This document shows positions 27,235 to 39,120 of a DNA stretch of 64,000 nucleotides, in pieces. Within the stretch, counting starts at the first letter, position 1, and each line of letters begins with the position of its first letter. The notes beneath the pieces were generated by a model. It searched no databases. It worked only from the letters and a program-made list of their open reading frames with translations, and was not told the origin of the DNA. A program made the position numbers and the translations under genes. The stretch is from Penicillus capitatus (lineage: Eukaryota; Plantae; Chlorophyta). The stretch spans positions 2,032,351-2,096,350 of the forward strand of contig OZ287697.1 in the NCBI GenBank assembly GCA_965649825.1. The letters are read 5' to 3'.

Positions 27235-28457
27235 ATGTATGCTATGCGTTATCGACTGCCGATGAAACCGACTCGGACATTGTTCCGTCCTGTCCGGGCT
27301 CTACCGAGCGCACCTCAGCGTCATTCACATTTCGCACGCTACGACCCAGATGTCGATATCTTCACACACGACCTCGTCGCAGAGGAGACCGTTTCCACAG
27401 TCCCATGCAATGCCGGAACGCAGCTGTCAGAATCCCGACGAGTCCTGCGCACCATCGGAAGCGACATCGTCGCACTGATTGACACGGGCGACCTGGTGAC
27501 AAAGGAACGGTAAGACCATGGCCATCCATCCGTCCATCCACAGAACAGATGGTCACCTGTCTGCCTCGTAGGGAGCACAGTGCAGAAGAGCTCGAATTGC
27601 AGCGGCTGCCGCACAAGCGACTGGCGTGTATCTGTCAGAGCTACGGCGTGAGCCCAGCTGGACGCAAGAGAGAACTCGTTGAGCGGATTCTGAAGCACGA
27701 GGAGATGCATGAGAGTAGTAGTTGCTGGAGGGAAGGCGTCCCTTCGATGGACTTTCTCTTTCTGCGGTAGAGTCGCCGAGAGATACTCGTGACGGTGTGC
27801 ACATCACGGCCATTCTTGACGATTCTTTCATTCGATTCTTAGACAGACGAGCCCCTCTGCCCGCCCTGTCACCTGTGGGATTAGTGTAATCTCCTTCGAG
27901 GTCGGGCCGTTGCGTCACGTCGCATCACATCCAGTGCAGACCATCGCTCGCACATGCGCTGCAGCGCCGCTATGAAGTTCCAGATCGTCGCCTCACAGGG
28001 ACGGGCGCGATGCGGTGCTTTGCATCGGTTCAATGCCAGCTCTTGTGCAGCAGATGCGTTTTACTGACGCGTGGAGAAATGGTGGTCGCCATCGAAGACA
28101 GTCGCCGTTCCACCGAGAAGCACCGCTTTAAGAATCTCTTGAATCTAGAGGAGCTAAAGGAGCAGATGAGGAGTGTCCGCGACAAGAAGGTGCTAGTCAT
28201 ACTGCTGGCCGATCTCCTGGATCTGCCCGGGTCGTTGTTAAACTCTATTCGCCCGCTGATCGGCATGAATCCTATCGTGTTGGTCGGCACCAAAGCCGAC
28301 CCTCCTGCCCAAACACACCCCTCTGCCAGAGGTAAAGGCGTGGCTGAGAGACTGCGCGGTTTCCAAGAGACTCAACGTCGTGGACGTCTTTGTCACCGAT
28401 CGCAACACAACGTGTAAGAACGCAGACGGCGTTGATACATGCGTTGTGTTCATATGA
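27235..28457 (+). pseudogene. NOA1: Truncated NOA1/YqeH-like circularly permuted GTPase fragment with upstream SAP-like exon
   Basis: LCSRCVLL...VLVILLADLLDLPGS...NPIVLVGTKAD; frameshift at ~28300 restores DLLPK...KRLNVVDV; stops before the G1 motif; SAP-like LACICQSYGVSPAGRKRELVERI. Confidence 0.65.
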
Positions 28458-28549
28458 CGTCGCTTTCTCTCAGCCAGTTGTACGCGCATGGGCTATCGTT
28501 ATACCCGTCACAGCTTCGCCGTAGTTACGACCGTATCTCTGACGCAAAG

Positions 28550-30429
28550 ATGCGCGCGATTCGCACTACGACTGTCGAAGGATGGCGTCGATCGATCCTC
28601 GGCAGCGGCATTCCGCGTCGTCAGATGTCTCACAAGATATCTCACCGCAATGTCTGCCCCGTGCAAGCCAACTCCTCTCTGTCGTTTGAGAAGGTCCTGG
28701 TGGCAAATCGAGGAGAGATCGCTGTCCGTGTGATCCGAGCCTGTAAAGAACTGGGACTCAATACGGTCGCCGTCTACTCGACAGCCGACACAGAATCTCT
28801 CCACGTTAAAGTACTGCGACTCACCCTACCGTGCAGAAACGATGTGACGTCTGGGTGCTCCAGATGGCAGATGAGGCGGTCTGTATTGGAGATGCACCGA
28901 GCAGCGCATCCTATCTTTACATTCCTTCGATTCTGACGGCGGCGTTGAGTCGAGGAGCCGAAGCCATTCATCCAGTAATGAACAACTAGGTGATCATAGG
29001 GACAGCAATGCGCGCTTAGGGCTATGGATTTCTCTCAGAGAATGCAGGATTCGTGGACATGTGTGTGGATCATGGACTGAATTTCATCGGCCCGACATCA
29101 AAACAGATTCAGACGATGGGCGACAAGGCAACGGCCCGTGAGACGATGAGGGTCACACAAACAACAGAGGAACAGCAAAATTGAATGATGACTGACCACT
29201 AGGCAGCAGGTGTACCAACCGTACCTGGCAGTGATGGTCTTGTCAAATCCGAAGCCGAAGCGCTCGAAGTTGCTGCACAAGTTGGCTATCCTCTTATGGT
29301 CAAGGCCACGGCAGGTTATGATCTCACTCTTTTGTATGAGAAAAGAGTAATGGTGTGTTAGGGGGTGGTGGCCGAGGGATGAGACTCGTTCAAGAAGAAT
29401 CACAGTTTCTGAATCTCTTGCGACAGGCAAAGCAAGAAGCGGAAGCTGCTTTCGGCAACGGAGATGTCTACATCGAACGCTTCGTCCAGAATCCACATCA
29501 CATTGAATTCCAGATTCTGGCTGATAAACATGGCAACGTTGTGCATCTCTTCGAGCGTGACTGTTCGATCCAGCGACGCAATCAGAAGCTTCTGGAAGAA
29601 GCACCCAGTCCAGTCATCACACCCGAGGTACCAACCATCTCACTCTTTTTTCCCTTAGCTGTGGACTGCGTATCAGGTCCGTGACAAAATGGGCGAAGCA
29701 GCTGTGAATGCTGCAAAATCGATCAACTACGTTGGTGTGGGTACCATTGAGTTTCTCTGGGAGAAGAAGGGATTCTATTTTATGGAGATGAATACGCGCA
29801 TCCAGGTCGAGCATCCAGTGACGGAGATGATCACCGGGATTGATTTGATAAAGGAACAGATCAAAGTTGCCAGCGGGGAGCACTTGCCTTTCACTCAGGA
29901 GGATATCAAGTTGAAAGGGCATTCCATCGAATGTCGCATCAACGCTGAAGACGCTTTCAAGAATTTCCGACCCAGTCCAGGACGCATCAAGGAGTACCTG
30001 CCTCCTGGAGGGCCCTGCGTGCGCATGGACAGTCATCTCTACCCATCTTATCTCGTCCCCTCACACTACGATTCCCTCCTGGGAAAACTCATTGTCTGGG
30101 CAGAGAATCGAGATCAGGTCACTCTTCTTCACGTGTGAAAGATCGATGTTCTGGAGGCTGTCTGTTGATATTCTTAGGCCATCGTTCGAATGAAGAGGGC
30201 ATTGCAGGAGTGTGTGATTGAGGGTGTGCCGACGACAGCTCCCTACCACAAGCTCATCTTAGAAACAGAAGATTTTCAACAGGGCAACATCGACACTGGA
30301 TTTGTCCTTTCGCACGAAGAGGAGCTAGGAACGCCGCCGGACGAGAACTGGAGGGTGAGACTGGAGACAACGAAGTCAAGGAGCGCGAAAAGACACGAGG
30401 AGAAGTCCGTGGTCCATGTCATGGGCTGA
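28550..30429 (+). CDS. accC: Biotin carboxylase subunit of plastid heteromeric acetyl-CoA carboxylase, multi-exon
   Basis: Transit peptide then [73 protein letters not shown]. Confidence 0.95.
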
Positions 30430-30484
30430 GATTTTGAGGAGGGATGGCGTTTTTGAAGAACGACGGTCACATCAGCGCAGATCG

Positions 30485-32256
30485 ATGGCGCGACTCGAAC
30501 TCGTGCGGGCGGTGCGGTGCGGCTGGCAGCGTCCCTCACTCTTCCTTCGCGCGTCTCTCTCTCCCTGGACGCGGCGCGCGGCAGACGTCACGTCAGGCGA
30601 GGCCGCCCCCTTCGGAAATCCTTTCATGAAGCTGACGCGAAGCGACGGCTGCGCAGACATCCTCTGTCGCCGTCTCAAGTACAGCCAGTCTCCTCCTCTT
30701 CAGACGATCATGCGGATCTGAAGCGTGACTGCGGGAGCCCTGTCTTCAAGCTCCCAGACAGATGGGCATTCAGCGGAGAGGGAAGCGGGAGATCTCCTGT
30801 CGCACTTGGAGCAGAGGGGTCTCATCGAATCCTGTTCCGGTCTTGGCGATCTGCGAGAGATGACGCAGAGACGTCCCATCAAACTCTACTGCGGTTTTGA
30901 TCCGACCGCGGACTGTCTGCACCTGGGCAATCTGCTGGGCCTCATTGTGCTCATGTGGTTTCACCGGGATGGCCATGTGCCGGTCGCGCTCATCGGCGGA
31001 GCTACTGGCCGAGTGGGGGATCCATCCGGAAAGCAGACAGAGCGGCCACTGCTCACGGAAGAGCAGCTGCAGACGAACAGTGCCGGTAAAGCGGGTTTCG
31101 AGGTCGAACTGCCGTGACGGTGTGTGGAACAGGTATCCAGTCACTGCTCGAAGAGATCTTCGCAAAAAACGCGACAGCCGGGGGCACGCCTCTGCAGTTC
31201 GTGAACAACCTGGACTGGTTCGGGGAGATGCGGCTGCTGGACTTCTTGAGGGACGTCGGCAAACACGCCAGGCTCGGAACCATGATGAGCAAGGACTCGG
31301 TCAAATCGCGACTGGCGACGGAGGACGACGGCAGCGGCCTGAGCTTCACCGAATTCTCCTACCAGCTCCTGCAGGGATACGACTTCTATCACCTGTGTCG
31401 ACGAGGCGGCATCGAGCTGCAGATCGGAGGCTCCGATCAGTGGGGCAACATCACGGCAGGATTGGATCTCGTGAAACGGCTGTGGCCACCGAACGAGGCC
31501 GCTCCGACGGCACAGGGCCTCACTTTTCCGTTGCTGGTGTCTCCCGGCCTTTCCGAAGGGTGACGATGGCAGTGTCTGTTTTTGGAACAGGTGGACAGCG
31601 AAGGGAAGAAGTTCGGCAAGTCCGAGGGCGGCGTTGTGTGGCTGTCCGCGGACAGATTGTCGCCGTACAAGTTCTACCAGTACCTCTTCTCGACCAGGGA
31701 CGTCGACGTCATCCGCTTCTTGAAGATGCTGACGTTCTTGCCGCTCTCCGAGATCGAGACCATCGAATCGGCCATGGCCGGCGCTCCGGAATCGGGATAC
31801 CGCCCGAATGCCGCGCAGAGACGTCTGGCAGAGGAGGTGACGCGGATGGTTCATGGAGAGGATGGACTGCAACAGGCCATCGCCGCCACAGAAGTCAACC
31901 GACCCACTCGTTCTCGTCACGCGCGAGATGGCGTTCTGTCTCAGGCACTCCGACCAGGCTCCGAGACGAAGCTTGACGGGACATCCTTGGCAGAGGCGGC
32001 AGGAGAGGCGCCGACCGCCACGCTGCAGAGATCCGAGGTGCTGGATGCCTACCTGACAGACGTCTTTGTCAAAGTCAAGATGCAAGGGAGCAAGGGAGCC
32101 GTGCGCAGGATGATCCGCAACGGCGGCATCCGAGTGAACAATCAGAAGGTTCAAGACGTGGCGATGAAACTGACGGAGGACGATTTGATCGACGGACAGA
32201 TGCTTTTGCTGGCAGCAGGAAAAAAGAACAAGCTTTTGCTGAAGGTCACGTCGTGA
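30485..32256 (+). CDS. tyrS: Bacterial-type (organellar) tyrosyl-tRNA synthetase, multi-exon
   Basis: [59 protein letters not shown]-terminal S4 domain; start uncertain (30444 or 30485). Confidence 0.95.
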
Positions 32257-33098
32257 TGTGCGATGTCACTCTGTCTGACCGTCGCGTTGACGTCTGATCG
32301 GCTCCGGCTCTCTTCCATTTCGTCCGTGGCCACGTCCAAGGGACACAGATCCTGTCGTCCCCGAGATATTCTTCTTCCGCGTTGACGGCTGTCCTACAAT
32401 TCAGTGATGCAGCGAGGCTCCGTCTGCGACGTGCAGCACACCGCTGTGGGCACGAACGAGCGATCGAGTGGCGAACTGCAGGAGTGGAGTCGATGAAGGA
32501 TAGTGTCTGCATGTGACGTCGACGCCGTCATGTGGACATCCCGTTCCGAAAAGGCACTTCCCTTTCTGTTCTGTTTCGTGCAGTAGCGTGCCATTGACTG
32601 GAGGAAGCAGGACGCATCTCACATACGAGACATCCCGACGTCCCCTCTAACGACTGCAGACGAAACTGTACAGCCACCTAAGGCTTGACCGGTCGCTGTC
32701 TGACATCAGGGGCGTTGCCCTTGGCTAAATATCCCATTCTCATCGACAGCCACGTCGATTCCTTCGGCCAGCCGGCGCATAAGCCGTTTTGAAACCCACC
32801 CATGTGCAGCCGCTCCGTTCGGTATCCGCATGGTGACAATGACAGCCAAAATGACGTGTGTTGTCATCCTGAGAAGCGGCGCGGCAGGTATTTCCGCTCC
32901 GCGGAACTGATCTGTCAACACATTTGACGACGAACGTCGCTTCTCCTTCTTCACATTTTCTAGGTCAGACTACCGAGTCCGCCTATAAAAACGACATCCT
33001 CTCTTTTTTCCTCGCTTGACTGTTATCTTTACAACCATATCTTCTGCTGTCTTCACCATGCAACGTATGTTTGTCTCTCGCGGAGCAGCAACACGCTT

Positions 33099-36000
33099 AT
33101 GTCTGTTCGTGCAGTTCTAGGGATTGCTTCCTATGCGGAGCCTGCGTTTCACAGAGCCTTTGGGAGCATCGGCATCTCCGTCTCCCGCCGTCCGCGTCTC
33201 ATCATCGCTCTGTTCGTCGCCGTTCTCGTCGCTTTCTGCGGTGGACTCTGGACGTTCGATACGGAGATAAGAGTCAACGAACTTCTCGTCGCCCGTCGCG
33301 GTCGAATCGACGGGGAGAAGAACTACTTCATCGACAACTTCGATCTCATCTCTCCCGTCCTGAACTCCGTCATCGTCACGCCAAAGCCCGGCGTCGACAT
33401 CTTCAGCACCGACGCCCTGGACGAGGTCTATGCCCTGCAGGAGCAGATTCGAACGTTTGCGTTCGACTACAAGGGCCGCCAAGTGTCGCTGGAGCAGTTT
33501 TGCTTCAAGACGGTCGATGGCGATCCCGCCGAGCCGTGCTGGCAGACTTCGTTGCTCGAGAGCTTCCGCGAAGGGGCCGTGTTCAACGTGGGCGGCGAGA
33601 ACAATACTGACTACGCGGTGCTCTTCCAGGCAAAGCCGTCGTACCGAGACTTCAACTTCAGCCGAGATCTCACGCGATCGTTCATCGCGCAGACGAACCT
33701 GAATCCAGATTCGCTCATGCTGGGCGGATTCGAAGTGGACCCCGAAGATCAGGATACGATCACGCACGTCGGCGCTCTGCAGATTCTTTTTGGTTCCTCG
33801 TCTCCCAAGAAGCTGCGGCAGAGAGGACTGCAGTATTACGAGTGGCGAGAGAAGGAGGTGAACGAGGACGCGTGTTCCAATCCCTCGACGTGCGTGGAGT
33901 GTGCCACCAATCTCCAGGCGACGGCCTTTGTGGCAGCCGGATGCACGATCGACGGCGCCGCATCTCAACCTCAGAGCTGTTGCGATGTGGCGGCCCCTGT
34001 CCGTCAGAGTCCTTGCGTCGAAACGATCTTTGAACTGCGCCCGGAAGTGGCGCCAATTGCCAACCAGATCTTCACGGCATGCGGTTTGACGGCTGTCGAA
34101 GTCCAGCCTCGGTGCCAGAATCTTGAGCGCATTGTCGGCGAGAGAGCGGCTGCGACGACACCGGAAGTGTGCGTCTGCCTTGCGGGTGCCAGCGATGCGT
34201 GCACGACGGCAGCCACAGCCTTTGTAGCAGAGAATCAAGAGTATCAAGAAACATTCTTAGCCGCAGGAGGAGGCGACGAGGATGCCATCGCCGAAATGGG
34301 ACGCTTGCTGGTCGAAGAGGTCGGGTGTCCGCTGCCAGCCGAAGCCGATGCCGATGCCGAAGAGGAACCCATCTGCTCGTGCCTTGCGGATGCCACTTCC
34401 ACAACGTGCACAGATGCCGCCCTCGCATACGGCCAAGAGAATCCGGATCAAGTCGGTCTCTTCGCGGCGGCTCTGGAAGGCGACACCGATGCTCAGACAG
34501 AGTTGGGTGCCTTGCTGGTTTCGGAGTTCGGCTGCGAGGTCCCCGAATCGACTGCCGATCCAACTTCCACTGAAGCTCAGCCGCAAGTGGCCGACGCGGA
34601 CACCCCGATCCAGTACGAAGCCATCGTCACCGAAGTCCGAGATCTCACCGACACCATCGACAAAGCCAGAGATCTGGTGCACGAGTGGGAGAAGGCGTGG
34701 AGAGACGGCATGGACGATGTCGCCGCTCGGTTCCAGTACATCAACGTCGTCTGGCTGACAGACAGTTCAATCGACGACGAAGTGGAAGCGGCGGCCCAGG
34801 CGGAATTCGGTCTCTTCTTCTTGGGCTTTGCCCTCGTTCTGGTGTACATAATGATTTTTGTCACCCTAGACTGGAAGCCGACCGGTGTACGTCTGGCATA
34901 CAATCCACCAGGACCTGGCATCTCTGCCCTGTGCTTCTTCATCATACTGCTTTCGGTGGGGGCAACTCTGGGCGTGGCCGGATACATGTCGTCCCTCACC
35001 AGTTTCAAAATCTCTTCTACCACAGTCCAGATGGTGCCGTTGCTGATGTTGGGTCTGGGCGTGAATGATTTCTTTGTCCTGTGTTCGGCTTTCAAGTCCG
35101 TCTTGTTGCGCCCAGACCGTCCTGCAGGCTTAGAAGGAGTCATGTACGAGGCCATGGCGATCGGAGGCACGTCCATAACTCTCTCATCCGCCACCAACGC
35201 CGTTGCTTTCGCTCTCGGCACCCTCAGTCCTGTGCCCATTGTCCTTTGGTTCAGTGTCCAAATGACAGTCGGCATTGCCATTGCCTACATCGTCTCGATC
35301 TTTGCCGTTCCCAGTCTACTCTCCTTCGCCGTCCGTCGTCACCTCGATGGCGAACCAGATTTTTTGCTGGCGCTCTTTGGCGTCCGTCTGCCAGAGCCAT
35401 CCGTCCAGGAGGAAAATGCGCAGGAAGAGAAAGAAGGTGTCTTTTCTCAGACGATTCGCAGTTTCCGCTGGCCGCTGACCTTTTCCACCTTCGCCGTCTT
35501 CGCCGTCTGGATGGCGTTTGGCATCTACTACACGATTTCGTTCGAACAGGGGCTCGATTTGAGTGAGTCTGTGTCCCCGAAGAGTTACACTTACGATTAC
35601 CTCACAACCTCGGAAGACTACTTCGACACGTCGCAGATCAACATCGTGTTCCGAGACTCCGTCGACTACACAGACCCTCAAGAGTTTGAAGCGGCCAGGC
35701 AGTCGGAGTACGAATACGTTGATGGAGGATACCGAACAGAGGAGCGGCTGATGTCGCAGTCGTGGATGGATTTCTACACGCAGTATGTCGAAGCGAAGTT
35801 CTGCTCGAACGAGATCTGCATGGACGAAGTGCACTGGTACTACGATGGCTTCTCCTCTGCCGATTTTGCGCATCCGTCGAAGAACATCTGCGCCGGCGTC
35901 GCGTCAGCCGAAGAGTGTGAGCAGAGGTGCGAGACGCATTGTCCGCAGGCGGCAGTCGGAATGAGAGAACGGTGCCAGTACAAAAAGGACTCGATGGAAT

Positions 36001-36881
36001 GCTACTGCCCTTATCGACCAATGCTGACACAGCGCAACTTCTACGAGAACCCCGAAGGCTTTGACAGCAAGATCGAGAGCTACTGGGTGGATTTCCTGAA
36101 CAACACGGCGACCGGACGTGCATCCAGAGTCTTCATCAACCTGGACGAGGAGACGACGACGGAGAGAAACACCTTCGGCACGCCAAAGGGCACGCGGTCG
36201 TACGTCTATGCCAGAGGCCTCACGAGCGTGCCCAGTCAACTGGACCACCTCCAGGAGGGACGCGACATCCTCGATCGACAGACGATCGAGGTCTATCCGT
36301 TCGACTACGTGGTGTATGCCATCGGCGAGCAGTACGAAGACCTGGCGTTGAAGACGGTAGAGGCGATAGGCATCTCCATGGCTGTCGCGACGGTCGTCAT
36401 GCTGCCCCTCATCGTCAACGTCTTTGCCGCGCTCATCGTGTCTGTCTGCGTGCTGCTCTCTGTTTTGCTGACGGTTGGAATGACCAGTTGGACTGTTATC
36501 GATCTGGATTACTCTGCCTACGTTGCTTTCATTGTGACGGTTGGGTTGTCCGTGGAGTTCTGTGCGCACATTGCTCGAGATTTCATGTTGGCCGAGGGGG
36601 ATCGTCTCACACGTTCTATACACGCGCTCCAGACTATGGGCATTGCAGTATTCAATGGCGGCGTGACGACTTTTCTCGGAATTCTGCCCTCTGCTCTTTC
36701 AGATTACCCAGCCATTAGCAATCGTTTGTTCGTTCAGTATTCCATTTCCACTATCGCCGGCATGTTTACGGGCCTGCTCCTCCTACCGACCATCCTGTCC
36801 CTGATTGGACCTCCGTCCTCCTCCCCCGAGGAACCGAATAAAGATGCCAAGGATCCGCAGAAAGGAGCAGCACAGCCCTGA
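33099..36881 (+). CDS. Patched/NPC1-like RND sterol-sensing-domain membrane protein, intronless, 1260 aa
   Basis: Uninterrupted ORF; SSD with LMLGLGVNDFFVL and ITLSSATNAVAFALG; second half VGLSVEFCAHIAR and GIAVFNGGVTT; two large Cys-rich lumenal loops. Confidence 0.9.
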   Translation: MSVRAVLGIASYAEPAFHRAFGSIGISVSRRPRLIIALFVAVLVAFCGGLWTFDTEIRVNELLVARRGRIDGEKNYFIDNFDLISPVLNSVIVTPKPGVDIFSTDALDEVYALQEQIRTFAFDYKGRQVSLEQFCFKTVDGDPAEPCWQTSLLESFREGAVFNVGGENNTDYAVLFQAKPSYRDFNFSRDLTRSFIAQTNLNPDSLMLGGFEVDPEDQDTITHVGALQILFGSSSPKKLRQRGLQYYEWREKEVNEDACSNPSTCVECATNLQATAFVAAGCTIDGAASQPQSCCDVAAPVRQSPCVETIFELRPEVAPIANQIFTACGLTAVEVQPRCQNLERIVGERAAATTPEVCVCLAGASDACTTAATAFVAENQEYQETFLAAGGGDEDAIAEMGRLLVEEVGCPLPAEADADAEEEPICSCLADATSTTCTDAALAYGQENPDQVGLFAAALEGDTDAQTELGALLVSEFGCEVPESTADPTSTEAQPQVADADTPIQYEAIVTEVRDLTDTIDKARDLVHEWEKAWRDGMDDVAARFQYINVVWLTDSSIDDEVEAAAQAEFGLFFLGFALVLVYIMIFVTLDWKPTGVRLAYNPPGPGISALCFFIILLSVGATLGVAGYMSSLTSFKISSTTVQMVPLLMLGLGVNDFFVLCSAFKSVLLRPDRPAGLEGVMYEAMAIGGTSITLSSATNAVAFALGTLSPVPIVLWFSVQMTVGIAIAYIVSIFAVPSLLSFAVRRHLDGEPDFLLALFGVRLPEPSVQEENAQEEKEGVFSQTIRSFRWPLTFSTFAVFAVWMAFGIYYTISFEQGLDLSESVSPKSYTYDYLTTSEDYFDTSQINIVFRDSVDYTDPQEFEAARQSEYEYVDGGYRTEERLMSQSWMDFYTQYVEAKFCSNEICMDEVHWYYDGFSSADFAHPSKNICAGVASAEECEQRCETHCPQAAVGMRERCQYKKDSMECYCPYRPMLTQRNFYENPEGFDSKIESYWVDFLNNTATGRASRVFINLDEETTTERNTFGTPKGTRSYVYARGLTSVPSQLDHLQEGRDILDRQTIEVYPFDYVVYAIGEQYEDLALKTVEAIGISMAVATVVMLPLIVNVFAALIVSVCVLLSVLLTVGMTSWTVIDLDYSAYVAFIVTVGLSVEFCAHIARDFMLAEGDRLTRSIHALQTMGIAVFNGGVTTFLGILPSALSDYPAISNRLFVQYSISTIAGMFTGLLLLPTILSLIGPPSSSPEEPNKDAKDPQKGAAQP

Positions 36882-37459
36882 TGAATGTACAGATATCATT
36901 GGGGCGCATCTTGTTATTCTTTGTTGTTGTGTTCCTTTTGCGAGTCAGTGCGTTCGCTCTGATGTGTTTTGCCATGAGTGTTTTTTTATTGCATGTGGTA
37001 TGGGAGACATAAACAATGATGAATGATAAACGATAACGACCGACGTGAGTTACGTTCGTTGATCCATGTGTCGACGTTCGTTAGAACACGCGACATCGTC
37101 GTGCCAAGAACAAGCCGCCGTACATATTCAACATTCAATCTGTCATATCTGAACTCTGCCATTGTAATGACTTTGTGTGTTATGATATTCCTTTAACCGA
37201 ACAATCATGTCTCATCGTCTCGGCAGAAATTCAACAGGTACTGACGATGGAGAATTCACAACACGCAGCCGATACGTAATGTCGAACATAGATGTTGCAC
37301 TCAATATGTCCGACGGAGCCTGCTGTGCTTACAGCTGTGCTCACTATCACTCTTTCACTGACAGCTATGCTCACTCTGTCACTCTCTCACTCGCAGCCAG
37401 AAACAACACTTCTGTCGCGGAACTGTGGTCATAGCCGGAGTTAATATGGTGTCACACTT

Positions 37460-39120
37460 TCAGTAACTTCTATTACAAGTTAAAAACTGTACATATGACA
37501 ATGCACAAGATTTATTGAAAGTCTGAATGGAGTCTAGCAATTTCCGGCGGATTTCTTCTGTCACTCCAGGTATGTCTCTAAACGCAAGTCACACACCAGA
37601 AGGTGATCAACTTGGACAGATAGACAGAAAAAGGCTTACGTGGTGATGTCTATGGTTCTCCAGCTATCCGCATCTCCATCTTTCTCCCTTAGTTTGCAGC
37701 GTTCCTTGATCTCTGCAAAATCCGGCTCGGGAGAATTTTTCCTTAGATTTCCAAAGACATGACAGGCTGCCTCTGGAGATGATGACCAAATCAACCTGCA
37801 GAACACAAAACAAACTCTGTCATGTTATTTAAGAAGCATCATTGTAGATTACCCGTAGGTTGGAAAATGATGCATCAATAAGAAAAGACGGGAAACAATA
37901 CTTTTAGATGAGATCGGCACAATGAGATCATCATCTAACAGGGGCATCCGCCTCCCATTCAACTCGATGTGCAGCATCGGGGTCTTGAATCTCTTCTTCA
38001 TGGCGGCCATTTGCTTGAAGATTCTCTTCGAGTTGAATGACCCGTGAAAATCTGTCACCGTTTTCCTCTCGATGACGATGTCCGGGGTCAATACATAGTC
38101 CCCCACCTACCGTATTTCTTTTTATGTTTTTGTGATGTTTATTACTCATTGTCTTACCTTCAGAGTCGATGCTCGGAGCCTAAAGTTTGCATAATCTAGT
38201 GCGGCTGGGAGTATGGCTCTAAACTCGCGGATGTCAATGACAACCTCCCCTCGCCTCACAACGTCCTATCATGGCAGATTCTCTTTTCTAGCACATATTT
38301 TGATATGTGAGTGATGCATTACCAAGTGCAGATCGAATCGTCTTTTGATGTCTAGAGAGAGGAGAATGTACTCCTTGTTGTCCTCTATGTCCTTAAAGAC
38401 ATTCTCCTCTCTCTCTGCTGCATCCGTCATCATCATCTCAATGTCGATGTCGGCCACCACCGATGCCCGAGAACGTAGCCAAAGGGAGAGCTGCCGAAGA
38501 TGCAACAACTCCATGACCCCCTTTGCCTAAATCTCACACATTTAACAAAATTTTTCACACTGCTAAACAAAACCTTGGTGAATCCTGCTTCATTTGAAGC
38601 AGGATTGTTGCTAATCAGATGAACAAACCCTTGAGGGTTGCCTCGATGGAAGAGGCGCAAAGAAAATTCGATGCCGGAGTGTCGGAACACCTCTACTGGA
38701 TCGAAAAATAAGATCCCAGCAAACGCGCCAGGATTGATCTCGTGCTCCAAGAAGTCGATTAGCAGAATGAGTGTGGTCACGAAACACACACTCCCTTTTT
38801 GGTAATGCTCATGTCGCTTCTTCTGCGACATTTTGTCCTTGCTGAGATCGACCGGTTTTGATCCCGAGGGATCTTGGCGGCCGATCTCATTGCTCAGAGC
38901 TTCTTTCGTTGACTCTGAGCAACCAACGAGAAGCACAGCCCCTCGTTTCCTTGATGGCATGGGTGCGGAGAAAGGCCTTGACGGGTTTTGTCCACCCGAT
39001 GCCGGAGCCAACAACGAAAGGATAGCTCGGAAAAACTGCTCCTGCGGGATTTGCCGCCAATGACACCGCACACAACTCCTTCGCACAACTGAACCGAAAC
39101 TCACGGAATTCTTCTGCCAT
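37460..39120 (-). pseudogene. XPF: XPF/ERCC4 (Rad1/UVH1)-like endonuclease, internally deleted, with a frameshift
   Basis: N-terminal helicase-like piece (VTTLILLIDFL, FSLRLFHRGNPQGFV, LRQLSLWLRS), nuclease VIDIREFR...VGDYVLTPDIVIERKTVTD, HhH DIPGVT; +1 frameshift in a G run at 38939-38942. Confidence 0.8.

Noticed and set aside
32246-32954. Possible small minus-strand gene between TyrRS and the NPC1-like gene (CLFGTGCPH resembles a zinc finger)
   Set aside because: Could not build a consistent exon chain or identify a family
33117-36623. Long antisense ORFs (376, 234, 239 aa) opposite the NPC1-like gene, and similar ones opposite TyrRS
   Set aside because: Expected shadows of GC-rich codon usage; no domain signal
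37325-37400. TCACTC-rich low-complexity stretch and 75-aa ORF
   Set aside because: Short degenerate microsatellite-like sequence with no constant period or spacers
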